From assembly GCA_963539155.1 (NCBI GenBank), contig CAUTJX010000002.1:17238-81237 (forward strand): a stretch of DNA of 64,000 nucleotides. Direction: 5' to 3'. A program made the position numbers and the translations under genes. Every line of letters begins with the position of its first letter. Position 1 is the stretch's first letter. The notes under the pieces were generated by a model. The model was not told the DNA's origin. It saw nothing but the letters and a program-made list of their open reading frames with translations, and did no database searches. Source of the DNA: an uncultured Candidatus Saccharibacteria bacterium (GTDB lineage: Bacteria > Patescibacteriota > Saccharimonadia > Saccharimonadales > Saccharimonadaceae). Of this stretch, positions 18,747-29,170 are shown in pieces.

Positions 18747-19838
18747 CTAGGCAGCAGTCTCGTCTTGATTTTGGCTGGTGTCATCTGATTTGCGGCGAGT
18801 TGATTTCTTGGTAGAGGTTGACTCTACGGTTGTCGGCTCGGTAGTAGGTTCTGATTCAGCAGGTTCAGAAACATTAGGCTGAACAGCAGCTGACGCAACG
18901 TTCTGCGACTGATTTTGCGGCTCAACGACGCCCTTCCAATAGTCAATCTGGCTCAACCGGCGCACCAAAAACGGATGATCGCTGAATGTCTGTGCAAAAT
19001 GATTCATCGGGCGTTCAGCTGTGTACTGCATCCACTGGCGCGCTACCTCGTTCATGCTGTCTGCCGCATCAGGTCCGACATGCACCTTGATCAGCGATTT
19101 CTTGACTAATTCGCTATCGCCCAAATACATCAAAGCTAGACGATCGGCGGTTAGCTCGGCACGACGATGCCAGAATCCAGAGATCCAACTACCCAATACG
19201 CTGATAATCGGAATCGACAAAAACGGCATCAAATACACGTTAGCGTTGGCATGGCGGTATTTGATATGTGCCATCTCATGTACGACAATCACTTTTAGCT
19301 CATCCTTGGTTAAGTAGCGAATCGATCCAGAATGCAGCACGATAGAATATGGCCTAGCAAAACCAAAAGCATAAGCATTCATCACTGGATTCTGGGTGAT
19401 GAAAATTTCGACTTGCGGCATCTCTAAATCAGCCGATACCTGGTTGGCCCAATCGCGCAACCACGCGTAAGCGCTATATTCAACCTGCAAAGCATTGCCC
19501 AGCATTTGCTGGCGCATCATCCGCACCATAAACATGCCAATACCCAGCAGCATACCCAATCCCATAATCATAAAAACTATCGCCAGCAATACAGCAATCA
19601 CGCCATCGCTGAACGATAACTCAACGTGGTGCCCGGCATTGTCTGTTGACATTTCCTGGAATGTTGTATAGATAAAATAGCTAGCCGCAAAGAAACAAAA
19701 GATAATGATAGTTATTGTCAGAACGACATTATCTTGCGCATTGCGAGCCCGCGCTACGGCAAGCTGGCCTTTGGTTTGCGCCTGCGATTGCGGCGGCTGC
19801 TGATACTGTTGGTATTGCTGGTACGGCTGTTGATCCAT
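18747..19838 (-). CDS. M48 (HtpX/Ste24-like) membrane zinc metallopeptidase
   Basis: Two TMs, NAYA, HEMAH, E..ADR, SDHP...RR; Gln-rich N-terminus. Confidence 0.88.
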   Translation of the reverse strand: MDQQPYQQYQQYQQPPQSQAQTKGQLAVARARNAQDNVVLTITIIIFCFFAASYFIYTTFQEMSTDNAGHHVELSFSDGVIAVLLAIVFMIMGLGMLLGIGMFMVRMMRQQMLGNALQVEYSAYAWLRDWANQVSADLEMPQVEIFITQNPVMNAYAFGFARPYSIVLHSGSIRYLTKDELKVIVVHEMAHIKYRHANANVYLMPFLSIPIISVLGSWISGFWHRRAELTADRLALMYLGDSELVKKSLIKVHVGPDAADSMNEVARQWMQYTAERPMNHFAQTFSDHPFLVRRLSQIDYWKGVVEPQNQSQNVASAAVQPNVSEPAESEPTTEPTTVESTSTKKSTRRKSDDTSQNQDETAA

Positions 19839-19975
19839 AAACCCTCCGATTAGATACTATCTCAAGACTCGCGCCTATTCTGCTACATTATAACAGGATT
19901 AATCATAATAAGCAGCAACTCCACCGTTTTTGATCACGCTAAATATCACAACTAACTACCAAGAACGCGAGTCAC

Positions 19976-21322
19976 CTAACAAGCTAACTTTTCCACTGCT
20001 GCCACGAACTGTTCGCCGCGGTCATTATAACTCTTAAACATATCGAAGCTAGCGGCGGCCGGACTGAGAATCACCGCGTCGCCAGGCTGCACTAGACCCG
20101 CTGCCGCTTCGACGACCATTGGCATTGGCGTCATTTCCAGCTGCATGATCTGGCAAGAAACCTTATTTTTATGCAAGATTTCGGCGAGTTTGCCGGCATT
20201 AGCGCCGTTGACAATCACCGCTCGCATTTGCTGCCTAGCGATTTCCTGCGCTAATTCCGTATAGTCCGCACCCTTGTCAGATCCGCCCAAAATCAAAACT
20301 TTTGGCTCCGTGAAAGCTTTTAACGCGGCAATGGCGCTACCGGGCGTGGTCGAAATACTATCATCGTAATATTTCACGCCGTTTTTCTCAGCGACAAATT
20401 TCAAACGGTGCGGCAGACCTGTGAAACTCTCCAGTCCAGCAGCAAATTGCTCATCAGTCACCGCAACAGGCAATTCTGTCACCGCGCTCATGGCTGCGCA
20501 GGCGTTTTCGAGGTTGTGCGCGCCCGGCAACCGCAAATGGCTGGTGCTGCAAATCTGCCGATTTTGCACGCAAAAGTAACCGTCCTGGACATAAACTTGG
20601 TCATCGTCAGCAATAGCATAGCGCTGCGCAAAATCCAGCGTATCACCGTGATTGTCACCTGTATCAAGCGGCGTAGCAGCCACTTCCCGCGAATATTTAT
20701 TCGTCGGGTGATATAAGCACATATCAGTAAGCTGCTGGTGGTGGCGAATATTTTTCTTGGCATTGAGATAGTCGGCGAAATCCGCGTGAACATTCAGATG
20801 ATCCGGCTCGATCATCAGCACCACCGCGATATGCGGCGACTTTTCTAGATCCCACAGCTGAAAACTAGACAATTCGTAAACGACAATGTCGGTTTTTTTA
20901 ATCTTCGGCAAGACATCCAGCGCCGGCACGCCGATGTTGCCGACCAGATGTACCGTTTGCCCGGCTTGCTGCAAAACCGAGGCAATCAAACTGCACGTTG
21001 TCCCCTTGCCCTTCGTTCCCGTTACACCAATAATCGGCGCTGGACATTTATCAAAAAACTCGTTGGTTGCCGACCAAATCTTGCCGCTAGTCTTGATGTT
21101 ACGCGGCGGCAAACTAGCCGTCCGCACCACCAAATCAGCATCGCCCAGCTGTTCGCTGAAGGCATTTTTGCCAGAAATCAACCTAACGCCACTCGGAATA
21201 GCCGGCAGTTTATCCGCCGGACGTTCATCAGCCACCACAAACTCCGCGTCAGGAAATTTCTGCCGGAAATATATCAGATTTGATATACCTTCTACGCCGT
21301 AGCCAGCGATAATAATCTTCAT
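19976..21322 (-). CDS. murD: UDP-N-acetylmuramoyl-L-alanine--D-glutamate ligase
   Basis: GVTGTKGKGTT, GNIG, ELSSFQL, DHLNVH, LPHRL, YDDS.ST, LSPAAASFDMF..Y..RG. Confidence 0.96.
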   Translation of the reverse strand: MKIIIAGYGVEGISNLIYFRQKFPDAEFVVADERPADKLPAIPSGVRLISGKNAFSEQLGDADLVVRTASLPPRNIKTSGKIWSATNEFFDKCPAPIIGVTGTKGKGTTCSLIASVLQQAGQTVHLVGNIGVPALDVLPKIKKTDIVVYELSSFQLWDLEKSPHIAVVLMIEPDHLNVHADFADYLNAKKNIRHHQQLTDMCLYHPTNKYSREVAATPLDTGDNHGDTLDFAQRYAIADDDQVYVQDGYFCVQNRQICSTSHLRLPGAHNLENACAAMSAVTELPVAVTDEQFAAGLESFTGLPHRLKFVAEKNGVKYYDDSISTTPGSAIAALKAFTEPKVLILGGSDKGADYTELAQEIARQQMRAVIVNGANAGKLAEILHKNKVSCQIMQLEMTPMPMVVEAAAGLVQPGDAVILSPAAASFDMFKSYNDRGEQFVAAVEKLAC

Positions 21323-21468
21323 AACGACTATTATAGCACGCGCCTAACCCGCTAAAATACCAGTATTTCACGCGTTGATTTGACAACAAAATCATTTATT
21401 GATATATAATCTTTTGCGCCGACCAGGAGATAGAACGTTTCCGTCTATCATAAGAAAGGAGGGCTGCC

Positions 21469-22228
21469 ATGTGGTGGCTCCTCGCAGCGGTAGTCTGTAC
21501 CATCAGCGGACTTCTTTTTGCTGCCTGTTTCGCTTTTGCCGTCTCCGACTACGGAGATAGTAGAGAGATTTACCGTAGTAATGATTACTACTATAGTGAT
21601 ACTGTATGCAATTGCAAATTCAATTGCATACAACAAAACCTCTGGACATGAAATCAGAGTAGCGACGTACGCCGAAGCAGCGTCAGCATACGATTTTTCT
21701 AGTGGATATGAATATCCACTAGACATAGGCAGTCGATCAATGACCGCCTCTGGCGAGGTTTCCGTCAGCGGCGGAATGTTTTCCGTCAATGCGTACGCTA
21801 AGATACAGGGCGGTAGTAGCGCCCTGATTGGGTTCCAGCACCAAAACGGCGCACGAGAGATCATCGAAGTTCCACTATCGAATATCGAATTTCGTATCGT
21901 CAATGACGAGACTTCATCGTCGATGGTAATTGGCTTCGGTCGAATCTCAACACTAGCATACGGCTACACTGCTGAGGATATGCCCGATGACTGCCATCTC
22001 CACATCCGTTGGGGATGGCTAACAAACGAGTGTAGTCTTATCAAAGGCGCTAAGGTAAATTCACCCACTGACGAGGGGCTATCGGGACTTCTCCAAAAAG
22101 CCCTTGCCAGCGGTAACGCTGGTAAGTTCGTAGTTGTGAGCGTGACCGAAGCCGGGTATCGGCAGATTCTCGGCTCCGCCGATAGCGCCACAGAGACGGA
22201 AACACCAACTCCGTCGCCCGCCCATTGA
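21469..22228 (+). pseudogene. Membrane/secreted hypothetical protein apparently split by a frameshift
   Basis: Strong SD (AAAGGAGG) precedes ATG 21469, whose frame ends after 60 aa. The long frame (21518..22228) is +1 relative; the likely junction is AGAGAGA at 21562-21568. Confidence 0.55.
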
Positions 22229-22229
22229 G

Positions 22230-22269
22230 AGTAAAATGCTCCGCTGGGTCGGCGGCGGAACATTTTACT
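22230..22269. terminator. Bidirectional intrinsic terminator between convergent genes
   Basis: AGTAAAATGCTCCGC ... GCGGAACATTTTACT inverted repeat, followed by a T-run on +. Confidence 0.75.
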
Positions 22270-22288
22270 TTTGATTGAAATTATTATT

Positions 22289-23566
22289 CTAAAACAGCTT
22301 TTCTAGCTTATCATTTAGCCGCGTCAGTGATTTCTGATCGCTAGCACTGACACCAGCCAGCACCCAGGTGTCCGCGCCGATAAATTCGCGCGCCGTCGCA
22401 ATCATCCGTTCGCGGGTGATGTTGCGAATTGCCCCGGGAACGCGCTCGTAATCCTTGACAAAACCATCGCCAAAATAGCGTCCGCTATAGAAATTGCTAA
22501 TCTGCGCGACTGTCTGCGCCCCCATTTGATGACGGCCGAGCGCGTAAGATTGCGCCGCCGCCAGTTCTTTCTCACTAATCTGGCCATCCAGCACTGCTTT
22601 CACTTCGCGAGCAATGATATCGAAAAGCCGATCAGCGGTCTCGACATTGACCTGCCCGCCAAAATCCCAGCTGCTATCATAAAAGCCAGCGCTCGCTTCG
22701 CTAAACATACCGTACGCCAAGCCCTTTTTGCGGGCAGCACCGAAAATACGCGAGTGCATAGTGCCGGTCAAGATATGATTCAAACACGACATCGCCTCTA
22801 GTTCGGCATCATTGATTTCGCGCGGCAGCGACATGCTCCAACCAAAGGTCAGATTAGTCGCTTCTTTACGCTTGATAAGGGTCGGAGCGGCCTTTTTCAA
22901 AACATCGCGCGGCACCACGAAACGTTCGCCGCGCGGCAGTTCCCAACCCTCGAGCATACTCTTAATACGCTCGCGCCGGCCGTCGAGCTTGCCCGCGATT
23001 ACAAAACGCATATTGTCAGAAGTGTGGGTTTTGCGATGATGACGCTGAATATCCTCGAGCTTGATATTATCAATCGTTCGCAAACGCTGCCAAAACGTAT
23101 AAACATCCTCGCCTAGCAATTGCTGAACTTTCGGCCAAAGCACGCGGCCGTGATTGTTCAAATACCCCGTTAGTTCGCTGCGAACATTGCCCTTTTCGGC
23201 CTCTAGCGATTCTTGCTGAAAGCGCGGCTGGCAAATCGCCACTTGTTGCAATTCTAAAATCCGATCCCATTCAAAATCAGCGCAATCAGCCACATACACC
23301 ATTGATAAGTCGCTCGTCCAAGCATTATGGTACGCGCCATTTTTGGTGAATTCTGCTTCGTAAGCATGCTCGCTCGAGAACTTAGCATTAGCACCAAATG
23401 ACATATGCTCCATCACGTGAGCGGTTTCATAAATATTTTTGCGTCCAACATAGCGGTTGCCAGCGCGAAATTGAAACTGGAAGCTCATCACCGTCGCGCC
23501 AGGCACGTCAATAAGCAGCCCACGCGAACCATTGTCGAGCCGTACTTCTGTTACTGTGTGTTTCAT
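22289..23566 (-). CDS. M16 (pitrilysin/insulinase) zinc peptidase
   Basis: Inverted zinc motif HVMEH, NAWTS, E...V..E, SRIF...RKKGLAY. Confidence 0.9.
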   Translation of the reverse strand: MKHTVTEVRLDNGSRGLLIDVPGATVMSFQFQFRAGNRYVGRKNIYETAHVMEHMSFGANAKFSSEHAYEAEFTKNGAYHNAWTSDLSMVYVADCADFEWDRILELQQVAICQPRFQQESLEAEKGNVRSELTGYLNNHGRVLWPKVQQLLGEDVYTFWQRLRTIDNIKLEDIQRHHRKTHTSDNMRFVIAGKLDGRRERIKSMLEGWELPRGERFVVPRDVLKKAAPTLIKRKEATNLTFGWSMSLPREINDAELEAMSCLNHILTGTMHSRIFGAARKKGLAYGMFSEASAGFYDSSWDFGGQVNVETADRLFDIIAREVKAVLDGQISEKELAAAQSYALGRHQMGAQTVAQISNFYSGRYFGDGFVKDYERVPGAIRNITRERMIATAREFIGADTWVLAGVSASDQKSLTRLNDKLEKLF

Positions 23567-26200
23567 CTAGCGGCTCTTTTTTCGATTCTGGCGCTTGGCC
23601 TTTTTCTTTTTGCGGGCAACGTTGCGCCTATGATTAGTTTCGGCGGTCGAGGCAGCTCTTTTTATTGAACCGCCGAAATCGTGATCGCGATTCTCTTCGC
23701 CGCCGGTGATTTCGTTGACTCCATGCTCGACCGAGGTCTCGGCAAGCTTCGTCAATTCCGTTTGGTGATCATCGTCAATTGATTCGCGGCTAATAGCGTC
23801 GGTGGCGCGCACATGATAAATAGCACGCAAGACTTCCTCGCGCAATGTCGCTTGCAAGCTATCAAACAGCTTCTGCGACTCACTGCGGTATTCAACCAGC
23901 GGATCGCGCTGGCCGACACTGCGCCAGTGAATACCTTCGCGCAAATGCTGCATATTCTCGAGGTGCTGCATCCACAGCGTATCAAGTACTTGCAGATAAA
24001 CTTCGCGCTCAACCCCGCGGATTAGATCGTCGCCGAGCTCTCTTTCTTTGGCTGTATACATTTTTTGTGCAGCAGCTAACGCTTTATCGCGGCGCTGACT
24101 ATCTTTTTTGATCGCGCCAATTTTTTCAATTTCGTCGATCTCTAGCGGGATAATCTCTGCAAATTCTTCGACAAATTTTGGATTATTCTTGGCCGGCACC
24201 TCTGTTAATTTATTAACCATCGCCCGTAGCAAACGCTGAATTTCTGGTTTGATATTATCGCCTTCGAGGATTTTGCGGCGTACCGTGTAGACAACTTTGC
24301 GATGGCGGTTAATAACATTATCGTACTGAACAACATTTTTGCGCGTATCAAAGTTATAGCCTTCGACTCGCTTCTGCGCTGCCTCCAATGTCTTGCTGAC
24401 GGCACGATTCTGGATTGCCGTTTCCTCATCGACACCTAAGCGTTCCAGCACGTTAGCAATCCGCTCGCCCTGAAAGATACGCATCAAATCGTCCTCGGTC
24501 GAAACATAAAACTGCGTATCGCCCGGGTCTCCCTGCCGGCCGCCGCGGCCACGCAGCTGATTGTCAATCCGGCGCGATTCGTGGCGCTCTGAACCGATCA
24601 CCACTAGTCCTCCCAATTCTTTGACGCCAGGCCCGAGTTTGATGTCGGTACCGCGGCCAGCAATGTTAGTAGCTAGCGTAATCGCGCCTTTCTCGCCAGC
24701 ATGCGAGATAATCTCTGCTTCGCGCTCGTTGTTCTTGGCATTTAGAATTTCGTACTTAATACCTTCGCTATCCAAATATTTGGCGATCATTTCGTTTTTG
24801 GCGATTGAACCGGAGCCAACCAACACCGGACGGCCTTCATCGTGATACTCTTTGATCGCTTGAGCTACTGCTTTCAGTTTGCCTTTCTCGGTCTTGTAGA
24901 TCAAGTCCTGATGGTCCTGGCGAGTAATTGGCTTGTTCGGCGGCACCACCACTACGTCAAGCGAATAAATTTGTTGAAACTCTTCAGCCTCAGTGAAAGC
25001 AGTACCAGTCATGCCGCTAAGTTTTTTGTACAAACGGAAGTAATTCTGGAAAGAAATTGTCGCCAGCGTCATGCTTTCCTGTAGCACCGGTACGCCTTCT
25101 TTGGCTTCAATCGCTTGGTGCAAACCTTCGCTATAACGATTGCCTTGTTTGAGCCGACCAGTGTGCTCGTCAACGATTATCACTTCGCCGTCGTTCGTCA
25201 CCACATAGTCTTTGTCACGATGAAACAGCGTTTGCGCCCGCAAAGCTTGATCCATGTGATAAACGCTGCGCACATATTCTGGAGTGTATAAGTTTTTTAT
25301 ACCCAGCATTTTTTGCACTTTCTCGACGCCCTCGTCGGTCAGCGCGACCTGCTTGCGCTTCTCTTCTAAGGTATAATCATCTGGCGTTAACTTCGCTGCA
25401 ATCTTAGCAAATTGATAATAACTGTCCGGGTTTTCAGCGGCCGGCGCACTAATAATCAGCGGCGTCCGCGCTTCGTCGATCAGAATCGAGTCCACCTCGT
25501 CGACAATCGCAAAATTCAAATCGCGCTGGCGCACCAGCTCGATATCGTTAACCATGTTGTCGCGCAAATAATCAAAGCCGAATTCATTATTAGTACCATA
25601 GGTAATATCTGCCTGGTAAGCTTCTTTACGCGTACAAGGACGAAGCTTCTTCATGCGCGGATCAGTATGCGCCTCATTGTCATAATTTTCGTCATACAAG
25701 AATGAAGCCTCATTGATAATCACCCCAGTCGATAAACCTAACGCATTATAAATTTGCCCCATCCAGCCAGCATCGCGCTGCGCCAAATAATCGTTGACAG
25801 TCACAACATGTACGCCTTTGCCTTCAAGCGCATTCAAGTAGGCTGCTAACGTCGACATCAATGTCTTACCCTCGCCAGTCTTCAGCTCGGCCACGCTACC
25901 CTCATGCAATACCATTGAACCAATCAGCTGCACATCGTAATGGCGCTCGCCGATTGTCCGATCGGCCATCTCGCGCACCACCGCAAAAGCGTCTGGCAAA
26001 ATCGTATCAAGCGTCACAGATTTCTTCTGCAAACGTTTGCGCAGAACATCGGTTTGGCCAGCCAATTCCTTGTCAGATAGTTTCTTGTATTTCGGGCCAA
26101 GCGCATTAATTTCGTCGACTTTCTTTTGTAAACGCCGCAAAATCCGCTTCTGCGGGTCACCGAAAACCTTCGTCAGCACCTTCTGTTGTGTTATCGCCAT
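23567..26200 (-). CDS. secA: Preprotein translocase ATPase SecA
   Basis: KTGEGKT, VVTVNDYLA.RDA, DEVDSILIDEARTPLIIS, NIAGRGTDI, QLRGR.GRQGDPG. Confidence 0.98.
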   Translation of the reverse strand: MAITQQKVLTKVFGDPQKRILRRLQKKVDEINALGPKYKKLSDKELAGQTDVLRKRLQKKSVTLDTILPDAFAVVREMADRTIGERHYDVQLIGSMVLHEGSVAELKTGEGKTLMSTLAAYLNALEGKGVHVVTVNDYLAQRDAGWMGQIYNALGLSTGVIINEASFLYDENYDNEAHTDPRMKKLRPCTRKEAYQADITYGTNNEFGFDYLRDNMVNDIELVRQRDLNFAIVDEVDSILIDEARTPLIISAPAAENPDSYYQFAKIAAKLTPDDYTLEEKRKQVALTDEGVEKVQKMLGIKNLYTPEYVRSVYHMDQALRAQTLFHRDKDYVVTNDGEVIIVDEHTGRLKQGNRYSEGLHQAIEAKEGVPVLQESMTLATISFQNYFRLYKKLSGMTGTAFTEAEEFQQIYSLDVVVVPPNKPITRQDHQDLIYKTEKGKLKAVAQAIKEYHDEGRPVLVGSGSIAKNEMIAKYLDSEGIKYEILNAKNNEREAEIISHAGEKGAITLATNIAGRGTDIKLGPGVKELGGLVVIGSERHESRRIDNQLRGRGGRQGDPGDTQFYVSTEDDLMRIFQGERIANVLERLGVDEETAIQNRAVSKTLEAAQKRVEGYNFDTRKNVVQYDNVINRHRKVVYTVRRKILEGDNIKPEIQRLLRAMVNKLTEVPAKNNPKFVEEFAEIIPLEIDEIEKIGAIKKDSQRRDKALAAAQKMYTAKERELGDDLIRGVEREVYLQVLDTLWMQHLENMQHLREGIHWRSVGQRDPLVEYRSESQKLFDSLQATLREEVLRAIYHVRATDAISRESIDDDHQTELTKLAETSVEHGVNEITGGEENRDHDFGGSIKRAASTAETNHRRNVARKKKKAKRQNRKKSR

Positions 26201-26230
26201 AACGTCAAATTTCCCTCACTTTCAGGTATT

Positions 26231-26276
26231 TTCCAAAAACTCCCCTAATTATAACTGTTTTCGGGGAGTTTTGGAA
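26231..26276 (-). terminator. Inverted repeat downstream of hpf (probable terminator)
   Basis: TTCCAAAAACTCCCC ... GGGGAGTTTTGGAA. Confidence 0.6.
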
Positions 26277-26294
26277 GAGGCTGCTACTAAATCG

Positions 26295-26672
26295 CTACTG
26301 TGTTTCGCGGTCAAAACCGCGTTTGAACCGCGCTAGTATATCGCGCCGGCCGACGTGAGCTAACAAATTTTGCTTGTACTTGCGAAGCTGCCCGGCTAGC
26401 TTGCGCTCGACTATATCAGTTGCTGCCATAACATTCATTGTCGAATCTTTGGCTTTGATAACCTGGTCTGGCACGTTAATAATCACTTCGACTTCATATT
26501 TGTTGCCGTTATCGCGATTGACTTCCTCAATCTTCACCGAAGCACTCATAGTTTTGCGAGCATGCCGCGTCACTAAGCGATCTAATCTGCCGATTTTCTT
26601 GCTAATATATTTTTTCGTCGGTTCATCCAAAACGTAGCCGCCTACGCCAGTTATATCAATATCTGCAATCAC
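26295..26672 (-). CDS. hpf: Ribosome hibernation factor HPF/RaiA (short form)
   Basis: I.ITG, YISKKIGRLDR, A.D.VERKL..QLRKYK; lies upstream of secA. Confidence 0.88.
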   Translation of the reverse strand: MIADIDITGVGGYVLDEPTKKYISKKIGRLDRLVTRHARKTMSASVKIEEVNRDNGNKYEVEVIINVPDQVIKAKDSTMNVMAATDIVERKLAGQLRKYKQNLLAHVGRRDILARFKRGFDRETQ

Positions 26673-26717
26673 TTTGACCCCTTTCGTTAAACCGATAATG
26701 TATTTTAATTATAGCAT

Positions 26718-27848
26718 TTAGCCGCGGTGAGCGCTACCAATCGCCTCAGTAATATTCTGAAAGCCATCGCGATCGAGCAACTTAACTAGGCCTTCGTTAA
26801 TTTCGCCGACAACCTGCGGCCCCTCAAACATTAGCGCCGTCACCATAGCCACCAGGCTCGCACCAGCACAAATCTTCTCGTAAGCATCCTCGGCAGTAAA
26901 TACGCCGCCGACACCGATAATCACAAAACGATCGCGGTATTTGGCATAAGTTTTGAAAATTAAGCCAGTAGTAAGCTCCCGCGCCGGCTGGCCGCTGAGA
27001 TTTCCCCTGATCTCGTTATCCAGCAATTTTGAATTACGCAGCGCTGAGCGGTCCTTGACTAGATTACCAATCGTTAAACCAGCAACCTCATGCCGATCAA
27101 TTACTGCTAGCAGCTTCATAAATTCCGGCCACTTTTTGTCTGTCGGCATCTTAACGAAAATTGGCCGCGTTAAGCGCAAGTCATCTACCGCCGTCAATAA
27201 TTTATCCAGCCGTGCTGGCGTCGTAAACGGCTCGCCGCCATAAGTATTCGGACAGCTAATATTAATTTCGTACAACGGCGCGCAACCAGCTGCCTCTAGC
27301 TGGCGCAAACTTTGGCAATAGTCGGCAATCGCTTCGCTATCGCTAACATTTTCGGGATTATTGGTTTTAGCAATTGACACGCTCAACGGGAAATCGCGCC
27401 ACAGCCGCCGCGGATACCGCTTAATCCGCTGTATATTGCGGGCGACTCCGTTATTTGCCAGGCCGACGTTAACTACAATCGATTTCTCGCTCGGTAAGCG
27501 GCGAAACCACGGCCGCGGATTACCAGCACAAACCTGTGCAGTAGTCGAACCGCCAATTTCGAAACCTAAGCCAATCCGTTTAGCTATTGGCGGCAAGTCG
27601 AAGTTCTTGTCCAGCCCAGCTGACATTCCTAGCGGATTTTTGAATTTTAGGCCTAAAATCTCCTGCTCGAGCCGCGAATTGCGATAATTCCACACCCGCA
27701 AAATATTCTCGCCGCGCACTCGGTGCAGTGCTCGCGCCGCTTTGATCATACCCTCATGCGCTTTGTCTGGATGTTGTCGAAAAAGCAACGGTTTAGCAAG
27801 TTTCTGATAGCCGCTGCGCGAAACTTTGCGCATCACTCGCTTCATCAC
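26718..27848 (-). CDS. pyrD: Dihydroorotate dehydrogenase (class 2-like, quinone type)
   Basis: N-terminal KPLLF...D.AHE, NPLGMSAGLDKN, GNPRP, NISCPNT, GNLSG, IIGVGGV. Confidence 0.92.
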   Translation of the reverse strand: MMKRVMRKVSRSGYQKLAKPLLFRQHPDKAHEGMIKAARALHRVRGENILRVWNYRNSRLEQEILGLKFKNPLGMSAGLDKNFDLPPIAKRIGLGFEIGGSTTAQVCAGNPRPWFRRLPSEKSIVVNVGLANNGVARNIQRIKRYPRRLWRDFPLSVSIAKTNNPENVSDSEAIADYCQSLRQLEAAGCAPLYEINISCPNTYGGEPFTTPARLDKLLTAVDDLRLTRPIFVKMPTDKKWPEFMKLLAVIDRHEVAGLTIGNLVKDRSALRNSKLLDNEIRGNLSGQPARELTTGLIFKTYAKYRDRFVIIGVGGVFTAEDAYEKICAGASLVAMVTALMFEGPQVVGEINEGLVKLLDRDGFQNITEAIGSAHRG

Positions 27849-29092
27849 AATTCCTCGCGATTACCTAGATACGGCCGCAGTACCTCTGGTACGCGCAGTT
27901 TACCGTCATCGGTCTGGTAATTCTCGATGATTGCTACTAGCGAGCGCGCCAAGCTCACCGCTGTACCGTTAAGCGTGTGAAGTACCTGCAGCGAGCCGTC
28001 GCTGCGGCGCACGCGAATATTGAGATTACGCGCCTGAAAATCAGTACAATTCGAGCAGCTAGTCAACTCGCGATACTGGTTATCGACTGGCGACCAGTAC
28101 TCGATATCATATTTTTTGGCTGCTGGCGCACCGAGGTCACCAGCCGCGATATTCACCACATGGTACGGCACGCCTAAGTTTTGCCAAATTTCTTCCTCGA
28201 TCGACAAGATTTTTTCGTGCATTTGGACTGATTGTTCTGGCGTACAAAAGATGTACATTTCCAGCTTATTGAACTGGTGCACGCGGAACAGTCCGCGGCT
28301 AAACTTGCCAGCCGCACCCGCTTCTTTACGGTAGCAAGGGCTATAGCCAGCATAGAGCAGCGGCAAATCTTTCTCGTCGATGATTTCGTCAGCATGAAAG
28401 CCAGTCAGCGGCGCCTCGGCCGTACCAATTAGCATGACATCTTCGCCGTCGATGAAATACTCATTGCTTTCCTTGTCGCTCTTCGGAGCAAAACCGGAAC
28501 CGCGCGCCACTCGGCCCGATACCATATGCGGCACTGTCATCGGCGTAAATCCTTTAGAAATCAACAAATTCAGCGCATACTGATAAATCGCATTCTCCAG
28601 CAGCATCAAATCGCCCTTAATATAGTAGAATTTCGTGCCTGCCACCTTGGCGCCGCGCTCAAAGTCAAGCCAATCGCGGCCAGCTGCAAAAGCTAAATGA
28701 TCCTCGGCAGATTGGCGCTTATCGCCCCACTCTTTAATTTCCACGCTATCCGACTCACCACCAAGTGGCACGTCATCAAGCGTTATATTAGGCACTGCGT
28801 CCATTTGCGCTTGAAAATCCGCGTCAATATCATGCAATTCGCTTTCTAATTCCGCTAGCTTTTCCTTCAGCGACCGGCCTTTTTCGACTAATTCTGGCGC
28901 AGGCTTGCCGCCCTTCATCTGGCTAGCAATTTCGTTGCGCTGCGTGCGCAGTTCGTCGACCCGCTGCTGCAATTGCCGTCGCTGCTCATCAGTGTCTAAC
29001 AAACGAGCAATCGATACGTCATTGTAGCCTTTATTTTTTGCCGATTCCTGAACGCGATCGGCGTTTTCTCGAATATAGCGAATATCTAGCAT
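27845..29092 (-). CDS. serS: Serine--tRNA ligase
   Basis: MLDIRYIREN, GTAE, CYRKEAG, GLFRVHQF.KLE, SCSNCTDFQAR, HTLNGT. Confidence 0.98.
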   Translation of the reverse strand: MLDIRYIRENADRVQESAKNKGYNDVSIARLLDTDEQRRQLQQRVDELRTQRNEIASQMKGGKPAPELVEKGRSLKEKLAELESELHDIDADFQAQMDAVPNITLDDVPLGGESDSVEIKEWGDKRQSAEDHLAFAAGRDWLDFERGAKVAGTKFYYIKGDLMLLENAIYQYALNLLISKGFTPMTVPHMVSGRVARGSGFAPKSDKESNEYFIDGEDVMLIGTAEAPLTGFHADEIIDEKDLPLLYAGYSPCYRKEAGAAGKFSRGLFRVHQFNKLEMYIFCTPEQSVQMHEKILSIEEEIWQNLGVPYHVVNIAAGDLGAPAAKKYDIEYWSPVDNQYRELTSCSNCTDFQARNLNIRVRRSDGSLQVLHTLNGTAVSLARSLVAIIENYQTDDGKLRVPEVLRPYLGNREEL

Positions 29093-29170
29093 AGCATTAG
29101 TATATCATCTCGTGATACCGTACGCCAACAAATCTATTAATCGTATCAGACCAACTTATTTCGCTGTAAA

